Positions 16,313 to 23,908 of a stretch of 24,000 bases of DNA are shown piece by piece (the stretch's first letter is position 1; each line of letters begins with the position of its first letter). The translations under genes and the position numbers were made by a program. A model generated the notes under the pieces. It was not told where the DNA came from. It worked only from the letters and a program-made list of their open reading frames with translations, and searched no databases. This DNA comes from Actinoplanes sp. NPDC023714 (GTDB lineage: Bacteria > Actinomycetota > Actinomycetes > Mycobacteriales > Micromonosporaceae), in the NCBI RefSeq assembly GCF_040639855.1, contig NZ_JBFAAR010000002.1, positions 1,287,026 to 1,311,025 of the forward strand, given 5' to 3'.

Positions 16313-16325
16313 GTGACAATGTCAC
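16313..16325. promoter_or_regulatory. Perfect 6-1-6 palindrome GTGACAaTGTCAC, a candidate operator
   Basis: The palindrome lies 3 nt upstream of the SRPBCC start codon (16329). It sits inside the 102-nt divergent intergenic region shared with the YflT-like gene. Confidence 0.3.
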
Positions 16326-16328
16326 CCC

Positions 16329-16820
16329 ATGAAGTACACCGTCTCCATCGAGATCGCCCTCCCCCACGATCGGGTGGCCCGGAAGCTCGCCGACCCGGCA
16401 CTCCTGCCGCAGTGGCTGCGCGGGCTGGTGGTGCACGAGCCGCTGAACGGGGTGCACGGCCAGGTCGGCACCACGTCCCGCGTCGTGCTGCGGACCGGGC
16501 AGCAGGAGATGGAGGGCACCGAGACCATCACCCGCCGGGAACCGGCCGACCTGCACGACATCCCGGCCGATGTCGTCGTCCACTACGAGCGCGAACTCGT
16601 CGCCGACGGCATGTGGAGCGCCGCCCGGGAGCGGCTTAGCTCGGTGGGGCCGGAGACGACGCTCTGGGAGAGCGAGAACGAATACCGGTTCAGCGGTCTG
16701 CCGATGCGGCTGGTCGGGCTGTTGATGCCGGGCGCCTTCCGGAAGCAGTCACTGCGGCACATGCGCGACTTCAAGGCGTTCGCGGAGCAGGGTACGGACG
16801 TGCGGGAGCAGTCGCCGTGA
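16329..16820 (+). CDS. SRPBCC (START/polyketide-cyclase-like) superfamily protein
   Basis: MKYTVSIEIALPHDRVARKLADPALLPQWLRGL is the typical N-terminal beta-alpha pattern of SRPBCC proteins. The size of 163 aa fits the family. Confidence 0.75.
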   Translation: MKYTVSIEIALPHDRVARKLADPALLPQWLRGLVVHEPLNGVHGQVGTTSRVVLRTGQQEMEGTETITRREPADLHDIPADVVVHYERELVADGMWSAARERLSSVGPETTLWESENEYRFSGLPMRLVGLLMPGAFRKQSLRHMRDFKAFAEQGTDVREQSP

Positions 16821-16824
16821 TCCA

Positions 16825-18003
16825 TCACCAGGGCTTGGTGGTCACGCCGTCCAGTTCACGGATCGCGGTCCGGTTCTCGGTCGCCAGGATCGTCAGCATC
16901 CGCTCGGCCTCGTCGAGGCCGGCGTACTTGCCGACCGAAGCGGACTCGGCCACGAACGGCGACTCCAGCCATAGCCCGCCGTGCTCCCACCGCATCTGCA
17001 CGATGCCGGCTTCGTGCACGGCGGACAGCCACGATCCCGTGCGGGTGGGCAGCCGCCGCAGGACGGCGAGCATCTCGGGCAGGCTCATCGGCCGTCCGGC
17101 GATCTGCTGCGGGCCGGTCGGCAGGCACTGGTAGGTGACCTCCATCAGCCCCGGCTCGCCGGGAACCTCGCCGTCGCCCTCCCCGCTCAGAAGCCGCAGA
17201 CCCTCGAAACGGCCGGTCTCGCGACCGTCATCGCTGATCAGGCGATGCTTCTCCCGCCGGATCGTCATCGTCCGCTCGCCGTCGTCGACCCGCACGCTCG
17301 TGCCGGCGGGCAGCCAGGGCAGCTCGAGCGCGGCGAGCGCACCCACCGGCATCGGCGGGAAGACCATGTGCCGGTCCGGAACGAACCGCACCTCCACGAT
17401 GCGGCCGGGCTCGGCACCCACCGGATAGGCGGCCATCCGGCCGTACCGGCGTTTCGCCCAGCGCAGCCGGACATGGATGCGCTGCGCGGCGTCACCGGTC
17501 CAGTCCACCTCCAGGCCTTCGCCACGCAGCGCGGCCACGACCTCCTCGCCGACCTGCGCGGCGCCGGCCCGCTCGTCGAAAGTGCCGTACGCCAGCCACA
17601 GGGTCCCGCCCTGAGCCGCCCGTTCGGCATCCTGACCGTGATAGAAGACGTATCCGCGAGCCGGCCCGCCGTCGCCGATCTCGTCGCCGATCTCGCTGCT
17701 CCCGCACGACTGGCAGCACGCGAAGTCCTCCCGGGCCACGATCCCCGCCCGGTCGAGCGCACGGAACGCGTCCGTGAGGCGATCGCTGTCGGTCCGCGCG
17801 GGCCACCCCGCCTGGGCTTCGAGGTGCGCGGCAAGCTCGCGCGGCACGACGTCCCAGGCCAATGCGTACGACTCGGCGGGCTCAGCCTCGTCGTGCAGGT
17901 ACTCCGCGGTGCCGGACACGATCATTCCGCACGTCATGAGGCCGCGGGCCACCTCAGCGCGGGCATATTCGGTCGCGGACCGCCGAAGATCATCAAGCTG
18001 CAT
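16825..18003 (-). CDS. Multidomain hypothetical protein with an N-terminal DUF6891-like region (CCxSCG motif)
   Basis: AFRALDRAGIVAREDFACCQSCGSSEIGDE...GYVFYHGQDAERAAQGGTLWLAYG matches my recollection of DUF6891; this was not searched. It is followed by about 200 aa of unrecognised sequence. The start is assigned to ATG at 18003 (MQLDDLRR); an upstream ATG at 18063 is possible but would leave only 17 nt to the divergent gene. Confidence 0.6.
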   Translation of the reverse strand: MQLDDLRRSATEYARAEVARGLMTCGMIVSGTAEYLHDEAEPAESYALAWDVVPRELAAHLEAQAGWPARTDSDRLTDAFRALDRAGIVAREDFACCQSCGSSEIGDEIGDGGPARGYVFYHGQDAERAAQGGTLWLAYGTFDERAGAAQVGEEVVAALRGEGLEVDWTGDAAQRIHVRLRWAKRRYGRMAAYPVGAEPGRIVEVRFVPDRHMVFPPMPVGALAALELPWLPAGTSVRVDDGERTMTIRREKHRLISDDGRETGRFEGLRLLSGEGDGEVPGEPGLMEVTYQCLPTGPQQIAGRPMSLPEMLAVLRRLPTRTGSWLSAVHEAGIVQMRWEHGGLWLESPFVAESASVGKYAGLDEAERMLTILATENRTAIRELDGVTTKPW

Positions 18004-18080
18004 CGCGGCAAGATACCAACGCTCCCGCCGCCCGGCCGGCCCGCTGCGAGCCGGCCACAGCAACGGCGCACCATGAACGC

Positions 18081-18443
18081 ATGCCGTTCCATCCGCCGCG
18101 CGTCCGAGCCGACCCCGATCCCCGGTTCGACCCCTATCGCGAGCGCGCCGGCGCTCTCTCCCACGACGGTGAGCCGTTCGGCGTTCTCCACCTGCGCTTC
18201 GAGACCTACTGGCGGATCCTCGGCGGGCACCTCTGGTGGCGTCGCTGGTCGGAGCCGCGGGAACAGGTGGACGGCTACATCGCGCTGGCCCATGGCGGAT
18301 TCGATGACTTCACGCAGGACACCGAAACCATCGCCGGCGAGCTGGAACTCTGGAGCCGCGGGCTGTTCCGCTATCGCGGGCTGCTCCTCACCGTCGCATG
18401 GCTCGATGACGAAGCGTCCCGCCTCGCTCGGGGGCCCGGCTAA
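18081..18443 (+). CDS. Hypothetical protein (120 aa), first gene of the NADAR/kinase set
   Basis: By my count G+C is higher at codon position 3 than at position 1, which favours this strand over the mirror ORF at 17934-18506. The composition is Trp/aromatic-rich and globular-looking. The ORF fits exactly between the divergent gene and the NADAR gene. There is no obvious RBS and I recognise no homology. Confidence 0.5.
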   Translation: MPFHPPRVRADPDPRFDPYRERAGALSHDGEPFGVLHLRFETYWRILGGHLWWRRWSEPREQVDGYIALAHGGFDDFTQDTETIAGELELWSRGLFRYRGLLLTVAWLDDEASRLARGPG

Positions 18444-18504
18444 ATCGGTTGCCGCTCCGCCGATGTGTGGCACCGTGTGGATCACCGCCCCCGACCGTGA
18501 GGCC

Positions 18505-18960
18505 ATGGTGACGATCTACTTCTACGGCGCCGGCGAGGTCCCGTACGGATGCTTCTCGAACTTCTCCGCGCACGGCTTCGACCTCGACGGGGACTGGTGG
18601 CCGACGTCCGAGCACTACTTCCAGGCCCAGAAGTTCGCGGGCACCCGGCACGCCGACCTGATCCGCCGGGCGGCCAATCCGTTGCGCGCCGCCCAATGGG
18701 GCCGCGACCGGTCCCGGCCGCTGCGCCGCGACTGGGAGCGGGTCAAGGACGACGTGATGCGCCGGGCCGTCGCGGCGAAGTTCACCGCCCACGCCGACAT
18801 CCGCGCCGTCCTGCTCGGCACCGGCGACGCGGAGATCGTCGAGAACACCGGCACCGACCACTACTGGGGGCGAGGCCGGACCGGCACCGGCAGGAACATG
18901 CTCGGCCGGATCCTGATGCGCACCCGCACCCAGCTACGTGGGGGTCTTCACCGCCGATGA
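18505..18960 (+). CDS. NADAR (YbiA/DUF1768) family protein
   Basis: IYFYGAGEVPYGCFSNFSAHGFDLDGDWWPTSEHYFQAQKF...WGRDRS...W...KDDVMRRAVAAKFTAH...LLGTGDAEIVENTGTDHYWG.G..GTGRNMLGRILM carries the family hallmarks. An alternative start is ATG at 18463. Confidence 0.85.
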   Translation: MVTIYFYGAGEVPYGCFSNFSAHGFDLDGDWWPTSEHYFQAQKFAGTRHADLIRRAANPLRAAQWGRDRSRPLRRDWERVKDDVMRRAVAAKFTAHADIRAVLLGTGDAEIVENTGTDHYWGRGRTGTGRNMLGRILMRTRTQLRGGLHRR

Positions 18961-19844
18961 ACCCCACCGCGATGCCGTCGGCTGAAGTGGACGTCACCCT
19001 GGACCTGGTCCGCCGGCTCGTCGGCGACCAGATGCCCGACCTGGCCGGCCGTGAGCCCCGGATGCTCGCGCACGGCTGGGACAACGTCATGGTGAGCATC
19101 GGCGACGACCTCGTGGCCCGGCTGCCCCGGCGGGCGGTCGCCGTGAAGCTCCTCCTGAACGAGCAGCGCTGGCTGCCCCGGCTGGCGCCGCGGCTTCCCC
19201 TGCCGGTCCCGGTGCCCGTCCGCATCGGCCGGCCGGGGCACGGCTATCCGTGGCCCTGGAGTGTGGTCCCGCGCCTGGCCGGCGACATCGCCGCCCGCAC
19301 CCCACCGGCCGACCACGACCAGGCGGCCGTCACCCTGGCGACGTTCCTGGCGGCGCTGCACGTGCCCGCACCGCCCGACGCACCACGAAACCCGGTCCGC
19401 GGCGTACCCCTGGCCCATCGCGCCGATACGTTCGCCACCAACCTGGACCGGCTCGGCGCCTCTGTCGACGGCCGCCTCATCACTCACATGTTCCAAGCAG
19501 CGGCCGCGGCAGCTCCATGGGACCGGACACCGGTCTGGCTGCACGGCGACCTGCACCCCGCGAACATCCTCACCGACGGCGGCCGGATCAGCGCCGTCAT
19601 CGACTTCGGCGACCTCACCGCCGGCGACCCGGCCACCGACCTCGCCGTCTGCTGGATGCTCCTGCCCGCCGGCAGCCGAGCGACGTTCGCCGACGCCTAT
19701 GGCGCCGACGGAGGGCTGTGGATCCGTGCCCGCGCCTGGGCTCTCGTCCTGGCGATCGCGTTCCTCGCCCACTCCGCCGACAACCCGCGGATAGCGGCCA
19801 TCGGCCGGCGCACCCTGACGGCGGTGCTCGACAGCGAAACCTGA
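18957..19844 (+). CDS. Aminoglycoside-phosphotransferase (APH) family kinase
   Basis: ATG at 18957 overlaps the NADAR stop codon (ATGA, 18957-18960). HGWDNVMVSIGDDLVARLPRR is present. The catalytic loop is WLHGDLHPANIL and the metal-binding motif is AVIDFGDLTAGDPATDLA. Confidence 0.85.
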   Translation: MNPTAMPSAEVDVTLDLVRRLVGDQMPDLAGREPRMLAHGWDNVMVSIGDDLVARLPRRAVAVKLLLNEQRWLPRLAPRLPLPVPVPVRIGRPGHGYPWPWSVVPRLAGDIAARTPPADHDQAAVTLATFLAALHVPAPPDAPRNPVRGVPLAHRADTFATNLDRLGASVDGRLITHMFQAAAAAAPWDRTPVWLHGDLHPANILTDGGRISAVIDFGDLTAGDPATDLAVCWMLLPAGSRATFADAYGADGGLWIRARAWALVLAIAFLAHSADNPRIAAIGRRTLTAVLDSET

Positions 19845-20043
19845 ACACCTCGCCCGAGCAGCGACCGGCGTCGAGCACCGTGGGCAGGGCGGCGAAGTCC
19901 GCTCCGCGGCGATGAACGGGAAGACGTTCACGGAGTCTTCTTTGCAAGCGAAAATCTCATCGAGAGCGCCCTCCCCGTTTGTCGTGCCGGCGCCGCCCTG
20001 AACAATGGGCGGCGGCCCCGCCGTACGAGGAAAGGTCTTGATC

Positions 20044-20520
20044 ATGGGTTGGAACACCTCGGTGCTCTTCCGTCAGAACGTGACGGCGGACGAGGCTGTG
20101 GACGACCTCGCCATCACAGATTTCAGCGGCGAACTGGTCGGCGCCGACCAGGCTACAAGCGCTCTCAAGCCCGACGCCCTCTATGCCGCCGAGTCGGGTG
20201 GCTGGGTGCAGGTCTGGAATCCGATGATGGATGTGGTCATGGGGTGGGAGCCGACCGACCAGACCGACGCTTTGGTGGTCTTCTTCAGCAGCGTTTCGAG
20301 CACATACGGCTTCACGCTGTTCACGAATGGCGAACGCACCCGGCACTACGTCTACGCCGACGGTGTGGCCGTCGAGGACGAGGGAACGCCATTGCCGGTC
20401 GAGGCCGAGACTGCTCTGCCGTCCTGGGGTCCGGATGAGGACTTCCTCTGGTCGATCATCACGGCGGTCACCGGTCTGCGGTACGACGAGAAGCTGCAGT
20501 ACCGCGTCTACCCGCTGTGA
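20044..20520 (+). CDS. Hypothetical protein (158 aa)
   Basis: ATG at 20044 is preceded by GAGGAAAGG (about 20028-20036). By my count about 84 percent of codons end in G or C, which is coding-like but lower than in neighbouring genes. I cannot name a family with confidence. Confidence 0.6.
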   Translation: MGWNTSVLFRQNVTADEAVDDLAITDFSGELVGADQATSALKPDALYAAESGGWVQVWNPMMDVVMGWEPTDQTDALVVFFSSVSSTYGFTLFTNGERTRHYVYADGVAVEDEGTPLPVEAETALPSWGPDEDFLWSIITAVTGLRYDEKLQYRVYPL

Positions 20521-20743
20521 CGGCGTATGCGACGGGCTACCGAGCCGGGTCGATTGTTGCGAGCCCTGCCCCGCGGCGGCGTGAACTGACCGGATCACGA
20601 CTGACGGAACCAGCAGCGAATATGGGGGGCTGGGTCGCCTTTGGCGCTGCCTTCGGCGTCGTCGGGAGCGAGTGCATCTCGAGCACTCGTCAGGTCAGCC
20701 GGCCAGGAGCGCATGGTCAAGAGCCCGACAACGGCAACCAGAC

Positions 20744-21091
20744 CTAACCGGGCGTCGCCAACCGGAAGCTGTGCTCACCCGCGTGCCGGTTCGGCAGCAG
20801 GCAGTCGTCGTGATCGGACTGGGACAGGCACACGTCGAGCGGCAGGATCTCGTGCCGGCCGCCGCCCCACCGCAGCCACCACCACTCGTCGCCCTGCTCG
20901 GCGGCGAGGACGAACGCGATGTGGCCGCCCTCGTGGCCCGACGCCAGTTCGCAGTGGACGGCGCGCAACGGCGGGCCGGCGCGGTACCGCTGGGCCAGGA
21001 GCGTGGAGAACTGGGAGTCCGTCACTTCGGCGGCGCTGTCACATCGGGACAACGTGCTCGTCCCGCGGTCGATCACTGACACAACAGGCAA
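20744..21091 (-). CDS. Hypothetical Cys/His/Trp-rich small protein (about 110-115 aa)
   Basis: By my count about 91 percent of codons end in G or C. The sequence has 4 Cys and 7 His, including HCELASGHEGGH and CLLPNRHAGEH, plus a WWWLRW motif. The start is uncertain: TTG at 21091, or GTG at 21082 or 21076. It lies 74 nt downstream of the LuxR gene on the same strand. Confidence 0.55.
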   Translation of the reverse strand: MPVVSVIDRGTSTLSRCDSAAEVTDSQFSTLLAQRYRAGPPLRAVHCELASGHEGGHIAFVLAAEQGDEWWWLRWGGGRHEILPLDVCLSQSDHDDCLLPNRHAGEHSFRLATPG

Positions 21092-21165
21092 CCTATTTCA
21101 CGATCACAAGGGCGGGTCAGGAGGCGACCGTACCTCCCTTCCCGGGCTGCCGCACTTCGGCGCGC

Positions 21166-23796
21166 TCACAGCAGTCCCAGCCTTCGGGCCGCGACGACGG
21201 CCTCGCGGCGGCGGCTCGCGCCGAGCTTGCGGTAGATCGAGCGGAGATGCGCCTTGACCGTGTTCACCGAGATGTTCAGGTCGCCGGCGATCTCGGCGGC
21301 GGTCAGCACGGTCGGCATGTACTGCAGGACGTCGGTCTCCCGCTCGCTGAGGGTCTCGGCGGAGGCGGTGGCCGCGACGACCGGCAACTCCCCGGTGATC
21401 TCGGTGAGGGCATCCCCCTGCGACCGGCCCGCCGAGACCGGCGAGACCGGCTGCCGGCCGGCCAGGACCAGCAGCCGATCGGCGCCGAAGCGGCGGAACG
21501 GCAGCCGCAGACCGTCCGGTTCGGCCGCGGCGAGTGCCCGGGTCATCGCCTCACCGGCCCGGCCGCTGCGGCCACGCGCCTCGGCGGCGAGGGCGGTGAG
21601 CAGCCAGGCGTAGACCACGGCGACCCGGTCCGGGCCCTCCCGGACCGCGGCGAGCAGGCGTTCGGCCTCGGTACGGCGGCCGGTCGCCTGGTAGGCCATG
21701 GCCAGCCGCACCTGCTCGGCCGGGTGCAGCTCGCGCCGGTCGGCGTAGCGGGCGACCACCGGCCGCGGGTCCTCGAGGGCCAGGTCGATGTCGCTCTGCG
21801 CCACCCCGACGATGCGCCGCAGCATCGGCGCGTCCAGGTGCGGCGCGGTCTCCCCGGCCAGTTTGTCGAGCTCGGTCTGCGCCGCGTGGGGTGCGCCGCG
21901 CTCGACCAGGAACGAGGCCCGCACCGCACCGGTCAGCACGAAGATCGCGGCCTCCGGCTGGTCGCCCGACGCGTGCAGGGTACGCCGCAGCGCCTCGTCG
22001 GCCTCGACGTCGTCGCCCCGCAGCATGGCGATCACCGCCTGGGTCAGGTGGGCGGCCGCGGTCGAGGTCTGGTCCGGTGCGGCGATCCGGCCCGCCACGG
22101 CGAGCGCCGCGCCGGCGTGCTGCCCGGCCTCGTGCAGCGATCCGCGCAGCACGCTGAGCATGGCGAGGTGACCGAGCGCGCTGACCTCGACCCACGGGAT
22201 GTCCGCGGCCCGGGCGCCGGTGACGGCCGCCCACAGATGGCGGTCGGCGTGGTCGAACCGCTGCGACCAGAGCAGGCCGATGCCCTTGTCGTTGAGCGCG
22301 ATGGCCCGGTATTTCGGCATCGCCGGCACCTGGTCCCAGCGCAGCCGGCCGAGTTCGGCGAGCACCCGGGTGGCCACCCTCGCCAGCCGGGGCATGTCGC
22401 CGTGCCAGCGGGTCGTGATGGTCGCCTCGAGCACGTCCAGCGCCATCGCGACGACCCGGCGCCGGCCGGCGTCGCGGTGGGTGAGCAGCTGGCGGGCCCG
22501 CTGGACGCGCTGGCTCACGCCGCTGACGTCGCCGAGCCCGTAGGTCAGCAGGGCGTCGCAGAGGACCAGTTCGGCACTGCCGCCCAGCAGGTCCCGCGGG
22601 ATGGCGCCGAGCACGTCGAGCAGCTCGCTCCGGCCGGCCGAGTAGAACAGCGGCATGCCGTGGTCGGCGACGAGCCGGCCGACCATCGTCCAGTCGCCGG
22701 CGGTGGCGGCGTGGCGCAGCGCCGACAGCGGGCTGCCCTGCCGGGCGTGCCAGCGCGCGGCGAGCAGGTGCAGCCGGGCCGGGTCGTCGCCCTGTTCGAG
22801 GCCGAGCCGCTGCCGCAGCGCCGCCTGGAACTGACGGTGGTACTGGAACCAGCCGCCGGGCCCGATCCGGGTCAGGAAGAGGTTGGCGCGGGCCAGCTGT
22901 TCCAGCTGGATCCGCCCGTGTGCCCGGCCGGTCAGCGAGTCGGCCAGGCCGCCGCAGATCCGGTCGGGCACGCTGGTGTAGAGCAGGAACTCGCGCATCG
23001 GCGCCGGCAGCGCGGCCAGCACCTCGCGGGCCAGATAGTCGGCGGCCGCCTCGTCCGGGTCGGTGCCGGGCGGCGCGTCCACGGCCAGCCGCAGCCCGGC
23101 CGCCCAGCCCTCGGTGGCCTGCATCAGCGCGGCGAGTACCGCACCCGGCACCGGCCCGCCTCGTGCCGCGAGCAATTCGGCCGCCTCACCGGCCCGGAAC
23201 GCCAGATCGTGCGCCCTGATCTCGGTCAGCTCCCCGGCCGCCCGCAGCCGATGCAAAGGCAATTCAGGATCCGTACGAGTGATGAGCACGAGCCGCAGCC
23301 GCGGGGGCGGATCGCGCAGCAGCCCGGCCAGATCTTCGAGGACGCCCGGTTCGGTGATCTCCTGCAGGTCGTCGAGGACGATCACCAGCGGACCGGGGAA
23401 CGTGCCGAGGCCGGCGGTCATCCGGCGCAGCACGTGCGGCCCGTCGATCCCGCGCACCGTGCCGCGGTTCGGCAGCACCTGGCCGGGCCGCAGGGCGCCA
23501 CCGGCGCGCAACGCCCGGATCAGATCCGCCCAGAACAGATAGCGGTCGTTGTGTCCCCGACGCAGGGACAGCCACGCCAGCGGCCCCCGCGCCGTCCTCG
23601 ACCGCGCCCACGTCGCGGCCAGCACGGTCTTGCCCCAGCCCGGCCCGGCGCAGAGCACCGTCACCGCCCGCTCGGTGGCGGCGTCCAGCGCCCCGGTCAG
23701 CCGAGGCCGCCGGATCACCCGCTGCGGCATCGCCGGCCACGTCGCCCCCGCGTCGTCCCCCGGTCCCGGCGACGCGCTGCCTGTCTTCTCAAGCAT
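21166..23796 (-). CDS. Large ATP-binding LuxR-family regulator (LAL/MalT-like)
   Basis: Walker A is VLCAGPGWGKTVLAATW and Walker B is LVIVLDDLQEI. A long helical-repeat middle region follows. The C-terminal LuxR helix-turn-helix is LSERETDVLQYMPTVLTAAEIAGDLNISVNTVKAHLRSIYRKLG. The start is assigned to ATG at 23796 (GGGAG 5 nt upstream). In the 32 codons upstream to GTG at 23892, only 22 end in G or C, so they are probably non-coding. Confidence 0.9.
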   Translation of the reverse strand: MLEKTGSASPGPGDDAGATWPAMPQRVIRRPRLTGALDAATERAVTVLCAGPGWGKTVLAATWARSRTARGPLAWLSLRRGHNDRYLFWADLIRALRAGGALRPGQVLPNRGTVRGIDGPHVLRRMTAGLGTFPGPLVIVLDDLQEITEPGVLEDLAGLLRDPPPRLRLVLITRTDPELPLHRLRAAGELTEIRAHDLAFRAGEAAELLAARGGPVPGAVLAALMQATEGWAAGLRLAVDAPPGTDPDEAAADYLAREVLAALPAPMREFLLYTSVPDRICGGLADSLTGRAHGRIQLEQLARANLFLTRIGPGGWFQYHRQFQAALRQRLGLEQGDDPARLHLLAARWHARQGSPLSALRHAATAGDWTMVGRLVADHGMPLFYSAGRSELLDVLGAIPRDLLGGSAELVLCDALLTYGLGDVSGVSQRVQRARQLLTHRDAGRRRVVAMALDVLEATITTRWHGDMPRLARVATRVLAELGRLRWDQVPAMPKYRAIALNDKGIGLLWSQRFDHADRHLWAAVTGARAADIPWVEVSALGHLAMLSVLRGSLHEAGQHAGAALAVAGRIAAPDQTSTAAAHLTQAVIAMLRGDDVEADEALRRTLHASGDQPEAAIFVLTGAVRASFLVERGAPHAAQTELDKLAGETAPHLDAPMLRRIVGVAQSDIDLALEDPRPVVARYADRRELHPAEQVRLAMAYQATGRRTEAERLLAAVREGPDRVAVVYAWLLTALAAEARGRSGRAGEAMTRALAAAEPDGLRLPFRRFGADRLLVLAGRQPVSPVSAGRSQGDALTEITGELPVVAATASAETLSERETDVLQYMPTVLTAAEIAGDLNISVNTVKAHLRSIYRKLGASRRREAVVAARRLGLL

Positions 23797-23908
23797 GCCG
23801 ACTCCCGGCGATCGCCCCGTTGTGATCTCTCCGTCCAGGCTCGCCGCAACACTGGGCATACGCATCGTTCGATTCGGGTGATCCGCCGTCACCGACCTGC
23901 GTCAGCGC

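Noticed and set aside
15610-16401. The N-terminal 260 codons of the 433-aa minus-strand ORF that ends as the GNAT gene.
   Set aside because: The translation is Arg/Gly/Ala-rich shadow sequence. It overlaps the YflT-like gene (15717-16226), which has a good RBS and recognisable domain features. Only the last 169 codons look like a GNAT protein.
18124-18130. A GGTTCGA string resembling a tRNA T-arm.
   Set aside because: It lies inside a coding frame, and no flanking acceptor, D or anticodon stem complementarity could be found. I saw no tRNA-like cloverleaf anywhere in the window.
17934-18506. A 190-aa minus-strand ORF that mirrors the hypothetical gene at 18081-18443.
   Set aside because: It would overlap both the DUF6891-like gene start and the NADAR start region. 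By my count the G+C excess falls at the third position of the plus-strand frame (about 85 percent, against about 71 percent at position 1), which favours the plus-strand ORF. This call remains uncertain.
20517-20747. A 76-aa plus-strand ORF filling the convergent intergenic spacer, with a short hairpin (cgagtgc...gcactcg) near 20670-20690.
   Set aside because: There is no RBS, no coding-type third-position bias visible by eye and no recognisable sequence. The 7-bp hairpin is too weak to call as a terminator or sRNA.
23797-23892. A 32-codon N-terminal extension of the LuxR regulator back to GTG at 23892.
   Set aside because: Only 22 of 32 codons end in G or C, well below the gene body. ATG at 23796 has a well-placed GGGAG.
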